Program-made: the position numbers and the translations under genes | Shown here: positions 55,883-64,000 of the stretch, one piece after another | Numbering within the stretch: position 1 is the stretch's first letter | Layout of the letters: each line of letters begins with the position of its first letter | Source of the DNA: Amoebidium appalachense | Lineage: Eukaryota; Protista; Ichthyosporea | NCBI GenBank assembly: GCA_963693365.1 | Contig: CAVNZM010000015.1 | Location: 992,001 to 1,056,000, forward strand | Length of the DNA stretch: 64,000 nucleotides | Direction of reading: 5' to 3' | Notes under the pieces: model-generated | What the model saw: the letters and a program-made list of their open reading frames with translations, nothing else | What the model was told of the DNA's origin: nothing | Database searches by the model: none

Positions 55883-56089
55883 CAATCAGAAACCAGGAAC
55901 AACTATTGAATGGCCCAATCAGAAACCAGGAACAACTATTGAATGGCCCAATCAGAAGCCAGGAACAAGGAATAAAGTGCCCAACCAGAAACCAGGAAAA
56001 AGGAATAAAGTACCCAATCAGAAACCAGGAACAAGGAATAAAGTGCCCAATCAGAAACCAGGAACAGCTATTGAATGGCCCAATCAGAA
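55883..56089 (+). repeat. 33-bp minisatellite, 6+ units in two variants, mostly CCAAT-containing
   Basis: Constant CAATCAGAAACCAGGAACAA followed by either CTATTGAATGGCC (A) or GGAATAAAGTGCC (B). Order A A B B B A. Confidence 0.9.
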
Positions 56090-56512
56090 TTTGTGTGCTC
56101 ATAGCAACGGCTGGAAAAAGTGGCCACCAAAACTTATTACAGCCAATGATATAATCCCCCCCCCCTCTCCTCCGCCTCCCCCCCCCCCCCCCCCTCCCCC
56201 CTTGAACCTCCCCCCCTCCCCCCCTCCCCCGTCCCACGCTCTGCCCCTCCTAACCTCCCATATCCCAAACATCACATATCCCATATATCACACATATCCC
56301 ATAGTATCACAGATATATGCAAATACAAACACACACCCGCACACAGACACACACGAGCAGACACACACAGATGCACGCGCATGCATGCATGTATATGCGT
56401 GCAACACACACACACGAAAACACATAAGCACGCACGCAGACACGCACGCACGCACGCACATACACACACACGAAAACACGACCACACCCGCGCGTTCACG
56501 CAACCACACATG

Positions 56513-56575
<63 letters not shown>

Positions 56576-56763
56576 ATCGTAGCATCAACACACATCGCAC
56601 ACACGTCAACCCCCCCCCCCCCCCTCCCAACGGTGGAAACCCCCCCCCCCCCCCCCCCCCGCAACCCCCCCCCCCCCCCCCCCCCCCCGGGCAAATGGAA
56701 AATAAAAATAAAAATTGTTGGTACGATCTCGACCGTTCCGTCCCCTTCTCCCCGTGTGTGTGT

Positions 56764-56812
<49 letters not shown>

Positions 56813-56887
56813 GCATATATGGATGTAAGTGTACCTGGGCACATGTCTGCGCCTGCCTTTGTTCGTGTGTGTGTGCGTGTGCGTGTG

Positions 56888-56939
<52 letters not shown>

Positions 56940-57402
56940 CTTGCAGTGCACACGGACGTAAGCGGGAGGGCCTGGGATGGGGGGAGAGAAAGGAGAAGGT
57001 GGGAGGGTGGGGAGGGTGCGGGGGAGGAGGGGGTAGGGGGGCGGGGGGCTCCATACACATCCACACACACGCGTAATACACAGACACACACGAGCGTGCG
57101 GGCACACACACACACACATGCAGGCACGCTCATATATGCGAGCACACACGGGCGCAAGGATTTAATAATAGCGCACTAGGGCCAAATAGTTACAACGTCT
57201 GAATCGTGCCGGAAATCGGATAAAATCAAATCCAATAAGGCGATTGGATCCGCAATTCCACTTTAATATATTGAGCTATTTGATTGGATCCGCAATTTCC
57301 ACTTTGAAAATGTGTGTTGTGACTATTCGGTCAGATGTGAAAGTTGAAGTCCAAACGAAAGGCTGAAATAATGAACTGCCTTTACTTAAAGGGAACCCCC
57401 CC

Positions 57403-57433
<31 letters not shown>

Positions 57434-57542
57434 AAAAAAAAATTAATAAAAAAATAAATAAAAAATCAACACCCACTCTCACGGAGACCTCTAGGACAGG
57501 ATGTGTTATGCGACCATAAGTAGCAGAAACATCTTTCAATGC

Positions 57543-57581
<39 letters not shown>

Positions 57582-57667
57582 GGTAACCCCCCTCGCTTTT
57601 CCCTACAAATGAATGAACGGTGAGGGAAGAGATGTCCCCGGTAATAGTTTGGGAGGACCGTGGGGGT

Positions 57668-57705
<38 letters not shown>

Positions 57706-57927
57706 TAAGGGGGGAGAGGGGGGGGGGGGGGGGGGGGGGGTGCAGGCACGAAGTATGAAGAAGTATTTAATTTTTTATATCATACTGTGGGCCCCCCAAA
57801 AAAACAAGGAACCCGACTAATTGAAGTTATTGATGTGTATGGCACTACATTGCCACACACTGAAAGGGGATCTTGATATACAAGCAAAACCCGATATTAA
57901 TGTATCTGATATGGGATATACTGAGCA

Positions 57928-57964
<37 letters not shown>

Positions 57965-58806
57965 ATATCTGAGACTAGTATGTCACGGTGTCCCGAGTAC
58001 GCGGCATAAACCCACTTTGATGCCCGGAGTAAACCTTCGATTTTTGAGCCCAAAGATTTCCCTAAATGGTGAAATTCGGTAGGTCTGTGGGCATTTCACG
58101 TAATGCACCACTGTATCGAATTATTTTCCAAGCATTTGGCGGTTTTTTGGATAGCGTATGTATTTTATTATAAAGCCTCTGAGCCGAACATTAGTTGGCG
58201 TGATTCCAAGAATAAACGATAATTAAGTTAAAGAAACATTATCGTCCTAACCCATAAACAGCGGTGTGAATAAAGCGTTAGATTTTAAACAAGAGAAGAG
58301 GAAGCGCAAACACAAACATGATCATTGGTAGTGCATTTCGTGCCTAACCATCGAAATGAGCTACATGCTCATCTATATATCAATAAATTATATCCCACCA
58401 ATCATATGTCTAATTATTAAATTAAAAGGCACGCGGTGGCTGCTAATAGCTAATACAGCCTTTCATAGATTTGCCATACTGGCATACATTCAACTCAAGA
58501 TTCATTTTCACTTTTTCCTCAATAAAAATAAAACAAAAACAAAAAATACGCACCTTAACCCCCACGACAAGTTTATGCGGCTTTGATACGTAAACCACGT
58601 GCACACACCGTGGTAACACAAAAGCACACACACACACACACACACACATACCACCCACCCCGCCCCCAAACACACACACACACAAACACACACACATACC
58701 CACCCCCCCCCCCCCCCCCGCCCCCAAACACACACACACACACACACACACCGCCGCATTCCACACACATATCATCTACAGCACTAACCTTAAACTCCTA
58801 CAAAAA

Positions 58807-60741
58807 TCACTGACGCATAGCAAGATCACTCAACCACAAATCTATCGTATTCCTACTCAAAAACATCGTACTATTAGACCACTGCCCATAATGTGTCCCA
58901 TCCTTTGTTCCCTCGGGCCGGGCGTCGGACCAATGATACGGGTCAAGTACCCGAAAACCCAAACCGGTCATGTTTCGGGTCATAAACTCATTAACCCCCT
59001 TTATCCTCGCCGGCATTCGAAGGAATTTCGTTCTCGGTACAGAAGGCATTGCAAGGTAATATGCGTTCCCGCTGTTAATAACGTTCGAACACGCGGCGAC
59101 TAAGTACTTAATAAACCTTTCGTACGTCTTTGTCCAAATAAGGTTAAACTGGTATCGATCCGCAGTCCACAGCCCGTGGCCCAACACGATCATATCGTTG
59201 CCCCAACACGTGAAGTTATCAAGGGTCATATTATCGTGCGGCCTGCTAAGGTACCCAGTATACCAGTAGGAAATAGTGGGGGCCCCGGCCGTGATTTGGC
59301 CCAAATCATTCACCGCGTCCGACCTCTTAGTACCCTCCCACACAAAATGCGATCCGTTGGGCTGAAAGAACTCGGCAGTGTCGAAAAACATCTCGCGCGT
59401 GATCGAGTCGCCGATATACAACACCCGTTTGATTTTCCTTTCCTCGAACATTTTCAAAGCCGTTTTCTGGTCCGGTTGACGAGGGTTTCTGCCTGTGTGC
59501 TTGCACAAAGCCCCCGGGGAGGGCACCCACACATATCGATCATTCCAAAAACTGGTGTTGTATTCGTGTCCCGATCCCTTCACTCCCGCGTCGTGCAGTG
59601 CGCCTGTCGCAGCGAAAAGCCTCCGTTTTGTCAACCACACACCGTTACTCATTCCAGTATAGTTGCATGGAGGTAACTCGTTTGCTCTGTTGGGATCAAG
59701 AGGGGGCGAAAGGCCGTAAACCCTCACTTGGAACGCGGTGAGCGTCATATCATCGACGGCGCGGTAGTACGAAGGTACGTTAATCGTTCGACATACGTCA
59801 CCTTTAGGACAGGGGGCTTGGAAGAGCAGAAGGGGAATATTCTTCATGTAGACACGTATGACAATGATATGCTTCCCGGATTCGACGGCGGTAAACGAAA
59901 CGTTATAATATCTGTTGCAACGCACTGTTTCGGCCCCGTTGTTTCCGGAAGGGCCGGAACTGAAACCACCTGGGACTTCACCCGCCGAAGGATTCAAAGG
60001 AGTAACAAGGGGGTCATTTTCGACGGAATCGGTCCCAACTGCGCGGCAAGACGTCAGAGGACCGATTTCTATATCCGCCACCTGGCGTGTGTTTCTCGAG
60101 ACGACTTTAACGTACAGTGCATCTTCCGTTTCGTTCTTTTGTCGTGTGTTGAGAATGGTGAACGTGAAACGTTTCCCGGCGCGGATGTTGGCTGTTCCCC
60201 TTATCAAAGCGGAATCTATGCGATACCCGCCGCCCAGAAGAATGTGCGTGTCTGGGCTCCACTCGTTAACCCCACCCACGTTCTCTTTCGGGACGAAATT
60301 TACGTTGTTAGCGTGTGTATTGTTCAACACCACAAAGCTGGTTGTGAACCTTAGACGGTTGTCCATCCAACCCAGAGTGGACGTGTATAACCAGTTCCCG
60401 CATGATATGTATGCGAGAAAGCACGCTACGAGAGCAAGTCCTAAGATCATGCTCAGTGTTATGGCTATGAAAACGGGCCGCCTAAACAGCACATGTGCAG
60501 GTTTGGGTGGGTTGGATGTGTGTGAAAGAGTTGAATTCGTGGAACGAACTGGTGTAGTTAAAGGTTCCGGGGAAATGGAGCGCAAAAGAAGAAAATCCTG
60601 GGAAGTAGTGAGTGATGCATCTGCCGACGAAGAGGTGCTGTCAATATCACAATGAAGTGCCCCAGGTGAAGACGGGGGCCTGTCTATTTCTGGCCCATGT
60701 TTTTTGCGCTCTTGTGGCAGCTCCAAGTGTATACCTGTCAT
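58807..60741 (-). CDS. Type II membrane SGNH/PC-esterase-like protein (NXPE/CPED1-like; candidate glycan O-acetyl transferase or esterase), 644 aa, intronless
   Basis: Single TM segment VFIAITLSMILGLALVACFLAYI. VLYIGDSITR (GDS nucleophile motif), DMIVLGHGLW and DGTHY (DxxH). Confidence 0.85.
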   Translation of the reverse strand: MTGIHLELPQERKKHGPEIDRPPSSPGALHCDIDSTSSSADASLTTSQDFLLLRSISPEPLTTPVRSTNSTLSHTSNPPKPAHVLFRRPVFIAITLSMILGLALVACFLAYISCGNWLYTSTLGWMDNRLRFTTSFVVLNNTHANNVNFVPKENVGGVNEWSPDTHILLGGGYRIDSALIRGTANIRAGKRFTFTILNTRQKNETEDALYVKVVSRNTRQVADIEIGPLTSCRAVGTDSVENDPLVTPLNPSAGEVPGGFSSGPSGNNGAETVRCNRYYNVSFTAVESGKHIIVIRVYMKNIPLLLFQAPCPKGDVCRTINVPSYYRAVDDMTLTAFQVRVYGLSPPLDPNRANELPPCNYTGMSNGVWLTKRRLFAATGALHDAGVKGSGHEYNTSFWNDRYVWVPSPGALCKHTGRNPRQPDQKTALKMFEERKIKRVLYIGDSITREMFFDTAEFFQPNGSHFVWEGTKRSDAVNDLGQITAGAPTISYWYTGYLSRPHDNMTLDNFTCWGNDMIVLGHGLWTADRYQFNLIWTKTYERFIKYLVAACSNVINSGNAYYLAMPSVPRTKFLRMPARIKGVNEFMTRNMTGLGFRVLDPYHWSDARPEGTKDGTHYGQWSNSTMFLSRNTIDLWLSDLAMRQ

Positions 60742-62711
60742 GTTCCTAGTAGGGTTGCTCTAGCAGCTAGCCATAGGCTTTGTGTTGTGTGACTGTGTGC
60801 TGAGCTTATGTGAGCCGCGAGTGTGTTTTTGTGTGTAACGAGACGTTGTGTGTGCTTGTGTCTACTATGCATGTATGTGTGCATGCGTGTGAGCCTCGGT
60901 TAAGTGTCTTTGTGGGCCAGTGTGAGTATTAGTGCCTAAGTTAGTGTGTGTGTGCGTGTGCGTAGATGCCTGTGACTGTGTGCGTGTGGGCACAAGGAAC
61001 TGCCATAAAACGTCTGTGTTCTTTGAAAGCATTCAGCATTGACCAAAAGGTGTCAAAAAGTGCAACGTTGATCATACGATGAACAGCATTCTGCACTGCC
61101 AGCCTGCCAGGGTTTTCGCCATGGCGCCCGCACAGGTGTTTATAAACCCAAATTTGGAGTTATGCAGATCCAGGTGCACCTTCTAAGCCAATTAAATACT
61201 GACGACTAAAATTCCTGTCCCCCTACACCTCGACCCTATTGGCCCGACGCGGCGCCAGGGCCGGCCGGGCCCGGCAGGGCCAGGCCACGCCAAGGCACAC
61301 ACGGGCAGTACACATGATCGTCGGAATCATGTGAAGGTTTAAATTAATCAGACTATTTCACGCGATATTTTTTTTGACTTTTTATTCAATGCGGGTTTTC
61401 TACACAAACTTGGAATGTTGAAGCATCCGAATTCATCCATATGCATGCATGCATCTGCATATATTTGCCACGTAATGATAAACATGTACAGCCCTGAGGA
61501 TTCTGGCCGTTTTGTACTAAATCTCATATGATAACTAGGTGTAGAAACCATTCTTCGAGGAAATGAGCTCCTGAGAACAACTAAAAACGAAATGGAAAAA
61601 CAAAGAAAATTTTTGTGAAACAAAGCAGTTTCTTCGGTATCGTTGTTAGCACCGCACCGTGGTTTGTCTACAAACATTGGGGGAATTTGGGGGTTTACAC
61701 ACTTTTTGAAAAGAAGTTTTGGGAGATCTGTGCACATATGTGATTGGTTAGTAGTAAAACTAATCAAAACGTGCGTCTTGGTTCCTCGCACTACTTACAA
61801 GTTTGTAGTACTTACTGGGAGCCTGCAAAATAAGTCGATGCTTCGTGACACAGCCCAAACCAAACACATAAATAGCTACTTTCTGTGTTTTTTCTAATGC
61901 CTCAATCTATAATTTATGCCCTTGTTGCCTTTTCTTTCCGGATACTTGTTATTCGTGCTTCCCTAGGCTCTGTCAGCTGGCTCTGTCACACCCTTTGCAA
62001 AAAATGATCCAATAATCATCTTGGCATGATATTGCACCAATACGAATTCTAGAACGTTTTTATTGGTCAAAAGCAAGAACCTGTGTTTTCGAATGCACGG
62101 TGCTGGTTTGTTTGCATGGCGGTACAGGATATGTGTGCACATATGGCACCCGCAAGGGAGGGGGGCGGGCGGTATCTGATTGGGTAAAAGGGGGGTCAGC
62201 GCGTGTTTACGATTGGGAGGGAGCGCACTGGTGCGTTTTAAGGATAGACCATTCGCCTAATATCATGCGTTTTTATTGCCGTGGCCGAAAAAAAAAAACA
62301 GCAGTACAGGACACATATGCGAGTCACGGGTTCTTGGGCGGCGGGCAGGGCGGAGTACACGATTGGACGAAGTGCGTCACGATGTACGTCACAATGCGCA
62401 TGACTCGTGAGGTGACCTAACCGCTAATAAGATTGGAAAGAGGAATACGTGCAAGTCCGGGAGGTAAGATCCGAGTATAAGATGCAGCGAAGAAGGTCAA
62501 AAAAAGTTCCTGATGTGAACTGTAACCGCCCACGTGCGGACTGAGCCGTGAAATGGCGTGGGTAGCGCGTTTATAGTGGGAAAGTAAAAGGAAGGATTGG
62601 GGACGTAAACCAGGAAAAGAAGATGATTGGTCAAGAATCATTGATTCGATGGGATCGGTGGATAAAAGGGAAAGAAGTGATTGAAACAGAATCATTATTC
62701 ACACAATAAAG

Positions 62712-63095
62712 ATGGGCGATGAAGGCGAAGATGATAACATACGGTATTTGGATGGGGAAGAGCAGGCGGACATTATGGAGGGTGAGGGGGAGGAAGGGGT
62801 AGTGGATGGGGAGGATGAAGTAGCTATACAAGAGGGACATGAAATGGGTAGTGGAATTTATCCAGCCAATTTGTGGAGTATCACTATTGGGTGTCCCAAC
62901 CGCGATATTCCCAGCGGTTGGCTGGCAGCTGATACTCAACCAATGGGCTCACAGATCGATGGAGAGCAGCCGGCCGGGGAAACACACATCAGAAACAAAC
63001 GCAGGGGGGGGCGACCTCCAGGTTCAAAGAACAAGCGCACCCCTACTAAAAAACAGAGAATTGATTACTTCAATAGAGATGAAAAAAAGAAGTGA
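62712..63095 (+). pseudogene. Acidic ORF with AT-hook; possible transposase remnant (HUH/Replitron-like)
   Basis: Acidic N-terminus, segment NLWSITIGCPNRDIPSGWL, AT-hook-like RRGGRPPGSKNK. CCAAT-rich upstream region. Confidence 0.35.
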
Positions 63096-63843
63096 GAGTT
63101 GTGACTGTGTAGAAGTGTACACTGGAGCTTAGCTAGACCGTAGGTACCATGTTCGGCCAATCCATAACTTTTTTGTTTTATTGCTTTTGCCAGTTTAACG
63201 ACCAATGAATATGTCCTACACCGTTGCAGTTTGCCAATGGAGAATCAGTATGGTGTCCAATTGGCAATAAACAAGAAGTACAGTTCACCAATGGTATATT
63301 ATGGATTGGAACCATTTTCGATTCCATTAGCCATTTTTGGCCACCTTTTCCAACGACCAGCCCAGGACACATGTTCGAACTTCGAAGCTTCCATTTTTTA
63401 TGTGTGCGGATCCGGTTACCACTAGTACTACATAGCACCGTTTGCATTCTCCTGAGTTGGAATGTAACCTGTAAGGCTGTAAGGGGTATTCGTGCTGCCC
63501 TTTTCGTAGTGCAGTTTGGACTCGGACTCTCGGTCTCCGGCCACCCACCACCCACCCCCACGCCCCCCATGCAAGGCCTTTCTCACACAGCACAAACAAT
63601 CTCACACGTGCACGCACATGGTGACCATGAGCACAATAACGTTACAGAATTCGAGCCTTAGTTAGTTAGTAAGGTTGATTGGAACGGACGTGCGAAGTTG
63701 TTCGGAGGGGAAGGGAGAGAAATGTGTGTGGGAAGGAGCGAAGGGAAAAGGCAGGGAGAGGGGGGGGGGGGGGGGGGGGGCCCACCCCCACTACCGTTAC
63801 CCTTTTTTTATTTTTTATTTTTTGAGGCGGGGAGGGGGGGGAA

Positions 63844-63883
<40 letters not shown>

Positions 63884-64000
63884 AGCATTAGAAAAAGGAG
63901 AATTTCTAACCAGCGAGAGGTGGGGGGAACCGGGAGGGGGGGGGGGGGGGGGGGAGATAGGGGAGGGAGGAGGGTGGATTGGTAATTGGAAGTGTAGATG

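Noticed and set aside
55883-56089. CRISPR-like repeat/spacer appearance
   Set aside because: The variable parts are only 13 bp and recur as two variants, there are no cas genes, and the context is eukaryotic. It is a minisatellite.
54290-58100. Exon-like unique islands between repeats, possibly a minus-strand gene
   Set aside because: No consistent spliced frame or recognisable motif could be assembled, and several islands contain stops. Left unannotated.
59728-60655. 208-aa and 246-aa plus-strand ORFs
   Set aside because: They are antisense shadows of the 644-aa esterase gene.

Overview
Eukaryotic genomic DNA with intron-rich genes. Introns are packed with poly-G/poly-C runs and (CA/TG)n microsatellites, so most of the ORF track is repeat noise. 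Host genes reconstructed by hand: a 10-exon tRNA-dihydrouridine synthase (DUS1-like, minus, 5089-14345); a divergent mitochondrial carrier of the NDT1/SLC25A32 type (plus, ~16452-25364); a probable secreted, GPI-anchored Thr/Asn-rich surface protein (42648-45287); a disrupted MFS transporter pseudogene (49613-53970); and an intronless type II membrane SGNH/PC-esterase protein (minus, 58807-60741). The centre is a nested retrotransposon cluster. An RT-deleted Ty1/Copia element (26649-41004, TSD AGTCT) is interrupted by a 10.8-kb Ty3/Gypsy composite (28248-39029, TSD GAGCG). The composite has two identical minus-oriented outer LTRs. Between them lie a decayed minus-strand pol and an almost intact plus-strand chromodomain gag-pol with its own PPT and a third, diverged, inverted LTR, so the unit forms a large fold-back. 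Other notable items: probable UAG readthrough at the gag-pol junction, a THAP/DDE transposase remnant paired with an EXO1/XPG-like nuclease, (CA)n-type 3' splice sites including two apparent CG acceptors, repeated intronic copies of exon fragments, several MITEs, and a possible HUH (Replitron-like) remnant. All alignments were done by eye and no database searches were run.
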